Shown here one piece after another: positions 32,161-41,800 of a stretch of DNA of 64,000 bases. Where the stretch lies: NCBI GenBank assembly GCA_963668625.2, contig CAXXKA010000008.1:960001-1024000 (forward strand), written 5' to 3'. The first letter of the stretch is position 1, and every line of letters begins with the position of its first letter. A program made the translations under genes and the position numbers. The notes under the pieces were generated by a model, which saw nothing but the letters and a program-made list of their open reading frames with translations, did no database searches and was not told the DNA's origin. The stretch is from an uncultured candidate division Zixibacteria bacterium (lineage in GTDB: Bacteria > Zixibacteria > MSB-5A5 > UBA10806 > 4484-95).

Positions 32161-34452
32161 CTACTTTAAAAATACCATCCTGTTGCTGAATGAGCCTTCG
32201 GAAGTATTCAACCGGCAGAAATATATACCCGATGATACGATAGTTCCCGATTCATTAGTGCCATCCCAGATTAAACTATGTGAACCGGCATATAACGCTC
32301 CGCTATGCAATGACTTTATCAGCCGACCACCCACATCAAATATCGATACGGAAACATCATCAGCTTTTTCCAGGGAAAATCGAATCGAGGTGGTAGCGTT
32401 AAATGGATTGGGGTAATTTTGAATTAACTCATACGATAAGGGCAACTCTGTTGGCTGATCATCGATTCCAGATATTACATCGGATTCCAGACAAAATGCC
32501 AGACAAGTAGGCACCGAAGCCCATTGGCTACGATCACGATCATATTGAGCTCCAGCGCCGCTAAGACCGGAAGTCTCCCAGGCGAACATACATCCGTCGG
32601 CCTCATGACTACTTTGAATCATCACCCAGCCATCGTCGATATATAATGTCTCCGGTAAATCAACCATAAACTTAATCTGCCGAGCATTTCCCATTCCCGG
32701 GAAAGCGTAATTTGTCTCCTCCCAGTTGGCTAAAACATCATATACTGCAATAGTATCCAAAGGTATATACGGTGAACTATTGCTATAATTACAGAAAACA
32801 ATTTGGAAAGGAGCGGGGTTTTCAGGTTGGCAAATTTCTTCACCAGTAGCACTAAAATAAATTCCCCACCAATTCACCCGGGTAATTCCGTCATCAGTTC
32901 CCGCAAATTTGTCGGCTACAGCATACTGAGAATTTAAATCTGAATATAAGCAATCAGAGGAAAAATTAAAAAAGTAAGCAGGCGGTTGACTAAAAATGCT
33001 GCTATCGTTACAAACCTGCCTCGTAGCTGCCTTAACATTAATTACGTACTCACCTTCATATGAGTCCATTACGAAAAATGGATAGTAGTAAGTACCGGGT
33101 GGTAAACCTTGCCACCAGAGGAGCGTAGCAGAATTAGTAGGGCATTCCCACATCACAGATTCAGCTATAGAAAATACCCAAGCACTACTTGAATGAGGGC
33201 AATTGTCCGCAAGGACATACGACAAATAATATCCACTGTTAGCCATGGCCACAGTTCCACAGAAATCCACACTGACATCAAGAGTATCCTCAAGTGTAAA
33301 TTTAATCCAGACTTCAGGTACAGGTTCGACCATCTCACACCCTATAGTTGCTCCGGTATTATCACCGGTAAGCTCGATAGCCAGTCCGGCAGTAAGAATA
33401 CCACCGTCAAGTGCGCCGGCGCAATCATCGTTAACTGGCCGTTCCGGCGCAGGTGCGATTGAAAGATATGTGGATGATGTATCGCGTTCATGATTATAAC
33501 TTACTTCTAACAGGTATTGCTCTCCGGCGATTGCATCGAAATAAAGATGGAAAATTTTCCCTAACGTCATAGTTCGATTTAATATCGTAGTGCTTGTCGG
33601 ATAAATAGTTAAATAGTAATTGGCGTTATTATTACTATTATCTGAAGCAACTATGTAATATGTTTCACCCCCGGTTACAGGAAAACTATAGATAGTTGGT
33701 CCCTCCCCATAAGTATCATCATAGTAGTTATTCCAGTAGCTGCAAGCCAATTCGTTAGCATCTTCATTCATTATCACGATTCCCATATCGTTATCGGGGC
33801 TCGTAAGTATGATATCGATTTCCCCATCGGTTTCAGCGGTATAAGAATATACGGCATCCGGACCAGACTGATCCCAAGAGTACATACATGAGCATTCCTC
33901 ACTGTAATCACGGTGCAAACCTTCCATGTCGCTATAATATGAAACCGGCAATGGATCGGTTATCGGCGTAGCTGACTCGATGTCTTCACCTCCATCGAGT
34001 AAAACAGAGGCAGGTATTTCAACGTATTCGGGACAGGTGGAACCATCATAAACGGCAATATTGGGGGCAATAACTAACTGATTCTCGGGATCATCAATAT
34101 CAATTCGCATTCTACCGGTAGTGCTGGCAGTATATAAAAACCATATATTTCTAAATACTGACAAATTGCCGCCATCAACTGTAGCCTCGTTTGCATTAAT
34201 TAATAGATCCTGAACGTCGCCAATCTCTATCGCATTGGAACAATCGTCATTAGTGGGAACGTCAAGTATAATGCCATCATCCTTCAAATGACGTATCCCG
34301 GGGGTTGGTTCGGCTATCTTTGCGTTATCCGCATTTTTAAGCCCAACCGCATCGGCTAATATCGGCTTAGTTATACTATATTCCTCAGTAGCAAAGACTG
34401 CAACTGCCAGGACCGTAACCAACGCCAATGAAATTAATAGTGCTTTTCTCAT
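32161..34452 (-). CDS. Secreted Cys-rich module protein with T9SS/FlgD-Ig-type C-terminal domain
   Basis: Signal peptide; NDDCSNA and NDDCAGA modules; tail QNYPNPFN..T.I.F...WDGTNESG..VSSGIYF...MVFLK. Confidence 0.88.
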   Translation of the reverse strand: MRKALLISLALVTVLAVAVFATEEYSITKPILADAVGLKNADNAKIAEPTPGIRHLKDDGIILDVPTNDDCSNAIEIGDVQDLLINANEATVDGGNLSVFRNIWFLYTASTTGRMRIDIDDPENQLVIAPNIAVYDGSTCPEYVEIPASVLLDGGEDIESATPITDPLPVSYYSDMEGLHRDYSEECSCMYSWDQSGPDAVYSYTAETDGEIDIILTSPDNDMGIVIMNEDANELACSYWNNYYDDTYGEGPTIYSFPVTGGETYYIVASDNSNNNANYYLTIYPTSTTILNRTMTLGKIFHLYFDAIAGEQYLLEVSYNHERDTSSTYLSIAPAPERPVNDDCAGALDGGILTAGLAIELTGDNTGATIGCEMVEPVPEVWIKFTLEDTLDVSVDFCGTVAMANSGYYLSYVLADNCPHSSSAWVFSIAESVMWECPTNSATLLWWQGLPPGTYYYPFFVMDSYEGEYVINVKAATRQVCNDSSIFSQPPAYFFNFSSDCLYSDLNSQYAVADKFAGTDDGITRVNWWGIYFSATGEEICQPENPAPFQIVFCNYSNSSPYIPLDTIAVYDVLANWEETNYAFPGMGNARQIKFMVDLPETLYIDDGWVMIQSSHEADGCMFAWETSGLSGAGAQYDRDRSQWASVPTCLAFCLESDVISGIDDQPTELPLSYELIQNYPNPFNATTSIRFSLEKADDVSVSIFDVGGRLIKSLHSGALYAGSHSLIWDGTNESGTIVSSGIYFCRLNTSEGSFSNRMVFLK

Positions 34453-34536
34453 ATAAATCTCCTGTAACTCTTTCGTAACATTTATGTTACTTGTTTTATT
34501 AGCGACTACTTCTCTTTTTCTTTATTTTCCACCCCC

Positions 34537-35442
34537 CTAACAAAAATCATCCATAAAGTACTTTTTGTTTTTAACAAAAAAGTGGTCTTTTGCTTGTTTC
34601 CAGATCGAGTCGAATAAAAGTACGAAGCCTTTTGCCATAGCTTTATGTTCAGTTGCAAGCATTGTCAGCGATGTTTTCTCCTTGATGGAGTCCTCCAGGG
34701 CAACAAAGCATGTCTTTCTATCAAATAGAAAAAGTTTAATAGGAAGTTCATCAATAATTTTTATCTCTTCTTCATCACCGGATTTCAATGTAGCTGATTT
34801 TTCAAAATATTCTAAAATTTTGTCTTCTGGCGGCATTTCAAGAATTATTTTTCTTACAATCCCCCTTTTAGCGCCTTCATTCTGTACATCAATCTGTTCC
34901 CTGAATCGTGATTCAGTGTCACATGTATATGGAGGTTTCATGAAAGCCAGCACCTCATTTTGCGTTCTGGAATATAAATCAATATATTTGTTATGAATTA
35001 ATTCCGGGCTGTTCAATATTTCGATTCGATTAATTGGATCACGATTATTACGGTTATGTTGGTACAATCCATTAAGGTCACCGATTATTGAATTCATGTT
35101 GTTTTGAAGACTTTCCTTAAGAAGCAACTTTTGCTTTCTTTTCTTTTCCAAATCTTCAAGCTCAAGCTCGGTAGTTTTAATGGCAGGTAAGAAAGTTTTT
35201 TCCTTAAGTGTCCTCGGATCCGCAGCCTTGTATCGCTTAATTCTCCCCGGAATACCTATAGCTAAGCCTTTCTCGCTTAACTGTTCCAGAGCGTCATAAG
35301 CGCTAGTTCGCGGAATGCCCCCGATTTTTGCAATCTCTCCAACCGCAAGAGATTCTCTTTGAAATAATGCCTGATAGCATTTTGCTTCATAATCGGGAAA
35401 ACCCAATTGCTTTAAAATTTCTACATAATTTACGTTTTTCAT
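34537..35442 (-). CDS. TrmB-family transcriptional regulator (paralogue 1)
   Basis: LG..DYEAKCY.AL, EIAK.GGIPRTSAYDALEQL.EKGL wHTH; coiled coil; C-terminal LPIKLFLFD...FDSIW.QA. Confidence 0.9.
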   Translation of the reverse strand: MKNVNYVEILKQLGFPDYEAKCYQALFQRESLAVGEIAKIGGIPRTSAYDALEQLSEKGLAIGIPGRIKRYKAADPRTLKEKTFLPAIKTTELELEDLEKKRKQKLLLKESLQNNMNSIIGDLNGLYQHNRNNRDPINRIEILNSPELIHNKYIDLYSRTQNEVLAFMKPPYTCDTESRFREQIDVQNEGAKRGIVRKIILEMPPEDKILEYFEKSATLKSGDEEEIKIIDELPIKLFLFDRKTCFVALEDSIKEKTSLTMLATEHKAMAKGFVLLFDSIWKQAKDHFFVKNKKYFMDDFC

Positions 35443-35456
35443 TTAATCACCTGCGT

Positions 35457-35519
35457 TGTGTAGTGACTGAATTTATTACGGCTACGACATCAATATAGTG
35501 TCTTCTTTGTTTTTGTCAA
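35457..35519 (-). promoter_or_regulatory. Sigma70-type promoter and putative TrmB operator
   Basis: Minus strand TTGACA-16 bp-TATATT followed by TGTCGTAG...CTACACA. Confidence 0.65.
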
Positions 35520-35620
35520 GCAATTACTTCTAACTGATTATTTATTATTATGTTATGGCGAAACTCAGGAATAGCTTTTAGAAATTTACATCAGGGTAAA
35601 GATGGCGGTTGCTAGAAGTA

Positions 35621-35787
35621 AACTACCACCGGCCACAGGGCCGGTGGCTTTTATCCTGCCGGCTTAAGAGGGCTATCACCGGTTCCTAACCTCTCAAGAT
35701 TCCGTGGCTGGCAGACGTCCTCGTCAGCCGCATTCACCTAACTCAAATCTACTGCTAAGGGGCACACGCGGACGTGTGCTGCCCACA
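35621..35787. repeat. REP-like / IS200-605-end-like palindromic elements
   Basis: CCACCGGCC-ACAG-GGCCGGTGG hairpin, then an inverted pair of imperfect palindromes: GTGGCTGGCAGACGTCCTCGTCAGCC and GGCACACGCGGACGTGTGCTGCCCAC. Confidence 0.55.
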
Positions 35788-35823
35788 AAAAGTCTATAGT
35801 TGTTTTCTAACTTAGGAGTATCC

Positions 35824-36033
35824 ATGAAAGTCAAGGTCTTGAAGCTTGGAGAATCGGCAAAGTAAGTTGAGGTGCAACAAGGAGCTACGGTTGAGCATGT
35901 CATCCAGGCTGCGGGTTTCAGCTGCGAGTATACGACATTAAACATAATAGGTCTTTACATATTTGATAGATTGCAGGTGCAGGATGGTGATGTTATCACC
36001 ATGGATCCACAGATCAAAGGCAGCGACCAATGA
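35824..36033 (+). pseudogene. Ubiquitin-like (ThiS/MoaD beta-grasp) pseudogene
   Basis: AGGAG RBS; MKVKVLKLGESAK*VEVQQGATVEHVIQAAG...VQDGDVITMDPQIKGSDQ; TAA at 35863-35865. Confidence 0.7.
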
Positions 36034-36084
36034 TCTGGCAGCAGTGACCTAAATAATTTTCGGGAAAACTCCAATTAATAATAC

Positions 36085-36151
36085 TTGACAAAAACTCATA
36101 ATAACTTATATTAGTACTGTCGTATACAGAAAAATATAATATATACGACAG
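36085..36151 (+). promoter_or_regulatory. Sigma70-type promoter and palindromic operator
   Basis: TTGACA (36085)-16 bp-TATATT; perfect 10-bp inverted arms CTGTCGTATA (36117) and TATACGACAG (36142). Confidence 0.75.
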
Positions 36152-36192
36152 AAAAGAGACTTCAGGACCAGTGAATTAAGAGAAGGTTTAAT

Positions 36193-37080
36193 ATGGAAAA
36201 CGGCTACAGTGTCAACGTTTTAACTGGGTTTGGCTTAACTAACTACGAAGCCAAAATATACCTGGCTTTGCTTGAGAAGAATTATCTTTCAGCAACGGAA
36301 ATAGCTCGCCTGACAAAAGTACCTCGTACTTGTGTTTACGATGATTTAAAGACTCTTGAGCAAAAGGGACTTTGCAAATCTATTACCGGTAAAACAAAAT
36401 TGTATTCGGCTGTGGCGCCCTCACTAGCCAAGGATGTCCTTTATCAGACGGAGCAGCAAAAAGTCGAATCAAAAATCAATGAGTATAATGATAGAATAAA
36501 AAGTGAGCAGGATGATTTAGTAGATAGACATAAAGAGTTCGAGAAATTAGTTACTAAACTATCTCCAGTATTCGAACAAAGTAAAAAGGGTAGTAATCCT
36601 CTTAACTATCTTGAAATAATCGTGTCACCTATAGCTATTTATAAAAAATATATAGATCTTATCTCTAATTCAAAGAAAGAGATATTAACTTTTGATAAAC
36701 CCCCGTATTCCTCGATTACGAAGTATGAAATAAGGGAATCTCTCAAAGTACTAGAGGATGCTATCGATAGGGGCGTAGAAGCAAAAAGTATCTGGGAACT
36801 ACCCGAGGAGCAGGACGAAAGAACCGCTAAATTACAATACTTCTTTAATAGATTCAATCCCCAAAAAGATAAAATCAAATTCATTGATGAACTTCCAGCT
36901 AAAGTTACAGTAGTCGATTCTAAAATAACATTGTTCTCTCTTGCCGAACCATCTGTCGGTGTACAATCGCTGATTACTCTTGCTGCTGAGAGTGAAACTT
37001 TAGCCAGAGGTTTTAAAAAATTGTTCGAATTGTACTGGAGTAATGCTGAAGATCCGGAGAAATATAAGGAAATCAGGTAA
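36193..37080 (+). CDS. TrmB-family transcriptional regulator (paralogue 2)
   Basis: FGLTNYEAKIYLALL, EIARLTKVPRTCVYDDL..LEQKGL; LPAKVTVVD...FELYWSNA. Confidence 0.9.
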   Translation: MENGYSVNVLTGFGLTNYEAKIYLALLEKNYLSATEIARLTKVPRTCVYDDLKTLEQKGLCKSITGKTKLYSAVAPSLAKDVLYQTEQQKVESKINEYNDRIKSEQDDLVDRHKEFEKLVTKLSPVFEQSKKGSNPLNYLEIIVSPIAIYKKYIDLISNSKKEILTFDKPPYSSITKYEIRESLKVLEDAIDRGVEAKSIWELPEEQDERTAKLQYFFNRFNPQKDKIKFIDELPAKVTVVDSKITLFSLAEPSVGVQSLITLAAESETLARGFKKLFELYWSNAEDPEKYKEIR

Positions 37081-37219
37081 TACGGATTCGAAGTACTTCA
37101 CGCAAGATAGGTAAAAAATTGCATAGTCAAAACTAAAGAGCTGATTTTGGAGGTGAGGTAATTACTGGATAAAAAATATGAGTATTGTTAAAGGAAAAAA
37201 ACTTCTGGGAGCATTTAAG

Positions 37220-38542
37220 ATGAATAAACGACTTTCTTGGATAACCTCTTTGGTAATAGTCTTGATGCTGATGGCTGTTACTCAGGCAGGCACCTATACA
37301 TCCGAATTAAATTCCTATCTTGAAGGACAACAGCTTGATGATATGATTGATGTTATAATTTCTATGGAAGATAAATCAGTCGAATCTCAGGTTGGTATTA
37401 CGGATAGATTAGAGGAACTCGTAAATCAGGGGCAAATAGCTGAATATCGAAGCATGTTGATGGGGCGCATGATAACTGCGACCGCTACAAGAACAGCGCT
37501 GGATGAGTTAGTTACCAGGTCGGATGTGAAGCTTATATCCCCTCGTAAAAAACTCGATTCTAATAACGATGAATTTCCTATTCCGAATGATACCGAAGAC
37601 GGCCTTAATGTCATACTCCTCCGCGTATATGCCGGTACTGAGACCGCTCTAGCGGACTATTTAGTATCATCAGGATTGGTAGCCTCAGTTACGGTATATG
37701 AACTGATGACCGGTACTCCAACACTCAGCGAACTTCAAACCTACGATATGATTTTCTTCTGGGGAATGGGTGATGTATATGATATAAGCACTTTGGATCC
37801 GATTTTGATCGAGTGCGCTAACCTGGGTATGCCTATAATAACCTTTGGTTATATGCATTTCTTTTTTGGCTTGTGGACTGAAGGTTCATATATGACGACA
37901 GTCTGCCCTGTCTTGCCTCCTGCAGGAATGAACGTCCTCACCGGAGTTCTTGGTGATTATGACGAAACCAGCCCGATAATGGAAGGTATTGGCGAAATTA
38001 GCGATAGTTACGGCACCATTATGGAAGTTCCTGCTGTAGAGAACGCCGTGGTTCATGCCTCCTGGGATAACGGTTATCCGCTAGTGGCGACAAGGCCGGA
38101 TTACCCGAGTGTAGCTGCTATCAATACTTTTCCGTGTGATGAGATGACCTCAGGTGGCGGTCTTAGCGGGGACATATTCAGGCTTGTTCTTAATACAGCC
38201 GTTTACCTGGTCGAAGGCAGCGGTAATGATGACTATGAGTATCTTCCCGGTGATGCCAATATGTCTGCCGGTAGCTGGCCCCCGACGGTAATCGGCTCGG
38301 ATGTTACTTACCTTGTGAACTATTTCCGCGGAATATCCACACCATGCATGTTATCAGGATTCTATGCCTCCGGAGATGTCAACGCTGACTGCGTTGTGAT
38401 TGGAAGTGATGTTACTTATCTTGTACGGTATTTTCGAGGAGCAGCGACATTATCGTACTGCGCCGACTATGAACCGGCCTGGCAAGCACCGGAGGATTTC
38501 CCTTCGGAAGCCCCCGACGGTTGGCCGAACTGTGAAGAATGA
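37220..38542 (+). CDS. Secreted protein: subtilase-prodomain-like N-terminus, alpha/beta domain, dockerin-like tail
   Basis: Signal peptide; N-terminal ~85 aa align with the prodomain of the 38832 protein; GDAN..GSDVTYLVNYF tail ending GWPNCEE. Confidence 0.8.
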   Translation: MNKRLSWITSLVIVLMLMAVTQAGTYTSELNSYLEGQQLDDMIDVIISMEDKSVESQVGITDRLEELVNQGQIAEYRSMLMGRMITATATRTALDELVTRSDVKLISPRKKLDSNNDEFPIPNDTEDGLNVILLRVYAGTETALADYLVSSGLVASVTVYELMTGTPTLSELQTYDMIFFWGMGDVYDISTLDPILIECANLGMPIITFGYMHFFFGLWTEGSYMTTVCPVLPPAGMNVLTGVLGDYDETSPIMEGIGEISDSYGTIMEVPAVENAVVHASWDNGYPLVATRPDYPSVAAINTFPCDEMTSGGGLSGDIFRLVLNTAVYLVEGSGNDDYEYLPGDANMSAGSWPPTVIGSDVTYLVNYFRGISTPCMLSGFYASGDVNADCVVIGSDVTYLVRYFRGAATLSYCADYEPAWQAPEDFPSEAPDGWPNCEE

Positions 38543-38576
38543 AAATTAAATAAATACGTTGTTTGAAGTGTATATC

Positions 38577-38605
38577 GGGAGGCGGCTGAGGCGGTCGCCT
38601 TCCGA
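38577..38605 (+). terminator. GC-rich hairpin after stop codon
   Basis: CGGGAGGCGGC-TGAGGCG-GTCGCCTTCCG; no clear U tract. Confidence 0.4.
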
Positions 38606-38831
38606 GACAGCCGAATAATCAGGTCTATGTATGATAGTGATGAGAAGGAAAAGAATAATGTCAATTGATAGACAGGCATTCGATCTCAATTTGATGAAGA
38701 CGACTACAATAATGAGGGTGGTATTAGAATTTTAAATATATCCGAATGATATGAGTTTAACGGTAACAGGGCATTGATATTTACTAAAAGGGATAAATAG
38801 TAGTTATCAATAAAACATCTAAGGAGTAGCG

Positions 38832-41800
38832 ATGAGGATAGGATTAATTTGTTGGACAGCGCTTGCGTTGGTTGTATTTGCTTTTACGACCGGTATTGAA
38901 GCAGGCACATTTAGCTCCGATTTCAACCAATTTGCGGCCGACAATCAATCGAAAGATGTGATTAGCGCCGTAATCACCATGTCTGATCGTGTTGATCTTG
39001 AAGCGTTAAAAGCCGAGCTGTATGCTCAAAAAGCTGACCGTCGGGAGTGGCATGAGACCGTGGTGAGAGCCCTGCAGGATAAAGCTACTGTGGCTCAAGC
39101 CGATTTCATAGCCAGTCTGGATGAGATGGTTAAACAGGGGAAGGTCGAGAATTACAGGAGTTTCTGGCTTGGCAATTTAATTGTCGTAACCGCTGCCTCG
39201 GATGTATTCGACGAGTTAGTTCTGCGAGCTGATGTGGATCAGATTGCTCCGAATTATAAAGTCGAGTCGATTAAGGATTTCGAAAATACGGATATGCCTC
39301 TTACTACCTCGGGGGTGGAAAGCGGCCTCAGCGCGATACGAGCCGATGAGGTCTGGGCAATGGGATATACCGGCGAAGGACGCCTGGTAAGCCATCTTGA
39401 TACCGGTGTACAAGGTACGCATGAAGCTTTAGCCAACAACTGGCGTGGCCTCGATTCGCGTTATAGCGAAAATCCCGGGTGGGCATGGTTCGATCCTATT
39501 TCTAATTCTGATTATCCGTTCGATGGAGCGGGGCATGGTACGCATACCATGGGAACGATATGCGGAATGGGCGAAAGCGGTGGCGATACGATAGGCGTGG
39601 CGTTCGGCGCCGAGTGGATTACTGCTGGTGTAATCGATAGATTATCCGGTAATCAGGAAATAGTGTTTATGATCGCCGCGTTGGAATGGGTCGTCGACCC
39701 CGATGGTGATCCCTCAACCGAGTGGGATGTCCCTGATGTTTGTTCCAACTCATGGGGAGTATATACCGGTGACGGCAGTGATTACTCTCCGTGTGACGCT
39801 ACTTTCTGGGAGGTTATTGATTGTGCTGAAGCCGCCGGCATCGTAGTCATATTCGCAGCGGGTAATGAAGGCGCGAGCGGGCCTGAAACTATAAGGGCAC
39901 CTGCCGATAGGGCGACGACGGGATTGAATTGTTTTTCTATTGGAGCAGTCAACGGCGCTGAAAGAAATTTCCCGATCGCATCATTTTCCTCTCTCGGGCC
40001 ATCTCATTGTACGCCTGACGGCCGAGAAGCCATCAAACCGGAAATCGTAGCCCCCGGTGTCGGAGTCAGAAGCGCTTATTCTGGAACCGGTGGTTACGCG
40101 AGCATGAATGGCACCTCTATGGCCTGCCCTCATGTCGCCGGTGTTATTGCTCTTATGCGTCAGGCCAATCCCAATCTGACTCCAGATCAGGTGAAACAGA
40201 TCCTAATCGAAACAGCCATTGATCTTGGATCTGGTGGTGAAGATAACCAGTATGGTCATGGCATTGTCGACGCTTACGAGGCGGTGCAACTGGCGTTGGC
40301 ATATAGAGATGATTTCGGGGTTTTGACAGGTACGATAACCGATTTCGCTACCGGTGATCCCATCTCGAACGCTAAGCTTAGCACCCTGAGCGGGTCATGG
40401 TCCACCACCTCAAATGCGCTTGGCGTATATAAATTATATTTACCCGCGAACGTTTCTCATATCATAAGTATAAGTAATTCTCCTTCTCACTTGCCGTTAT
40501 TCGATACGTTAACTGTTGTCGCCAACGAGACGACATATGTTGACTATGTATTAAATAGCAAGGTTCCCGTAATTTTCACTGTTTCATTTTCTAATGGAGA
40601 TGATATTTCTTACAGAGATTTTTATATAAGGGGAAGCTGGGATAATGAAGGTTTATACGATGTTTCCTGGTCGGGAGATTTATTAGCCGCCAGTGATGAC
40701 GGTGAGTTTCCTGATGAGGCGGCAGGCGATGGTTTATTTACCGCCGAGGTTCTGTTGCCGGTCGATCAGGTTAATACGTACAGTTGGAATGTTTATACCG
40801 AAGACTACGGTTTGAACTCCATAGATGACGCGTATCTCGCGAGTGGAGTTGATTTCGATGTTACCGATTACGAAGCCGTTTCGGTTCCCACTCTTAATCC
40901 CAATCCAACAGGTTCTGACAATAATTTCAGATTCGCTATAGTGGGGAATAATGGTTTAGAATTCGATCTTGAACCGGGATTTGGTGAAGAAGCAAATAAA
41001 TGGGGCGTAACGACCTCTCTTTCCGCGAATGTCACCTACGATTTTACTTTCAATGTTATGAACGGCAATCAGCCCGTATACGGCGCGGGCGGCGTTGGTG
41101 GTTCGGAGGTTTCATATACGGCCGTTATTGATACCGTATATGAAATCATTTTCAATGACGATAACGATACTCATATCATACAACCCACTAACTCGGAAGG
41201 GCCGCCGCAATATCTTGGTACGACAAACGGCCAAGATGGACACATACCGGTTTCCTGGCTGAATCCTGAAAATATTTCATCAGCCGAGATATCTTATGAT
41301 GATGGTGTTGTTAATGACGCGTATTATTTCAATTCGTCTAATGATCTGGCAGCCGTCATGTTTTTGCCTGCAAGTTATCCTGTAGTTATAGATTCTGTTT
41401 TTGCCCATATCATTACTCAGGGAGATGAATACTGGCCCTGGCCTGATGGTACTAATGATCCAATGGGTTTATACATTTTCGTTATAGGCGGCCATTGCGA
41501 CGATGGCTACCCGGCGCCCGCTGATGAACCGATTTACTACCAGGAGGTAACAGCCGAGCCCGGCGTAGGATTAAGAGTAGATATCCCTGATATAGCTATA
41601 ACCAGCGGTGTGTTCTGGGTGGCGTTGAGTAACCTCGATGTCGGTGGATACGATGCTTTAGCGCTTGATGCGGTAACGGATTACCCGCCCATGCAATGGT
41701 ACCGCCGGTTTGGCGAATGGCATAGGGGAGGTCTGTTTTACGGCGATCAAATGATACGTACTAAAGTTTTATGCAATGATGTATCAACCTGGCTTGCCTA

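Noticed and set aside
15484-35865. In-frame TAA in two small genes as stop-codon recoding
   Set aside because: TAA ends many intact genes here, and both frames show other signs of decay.
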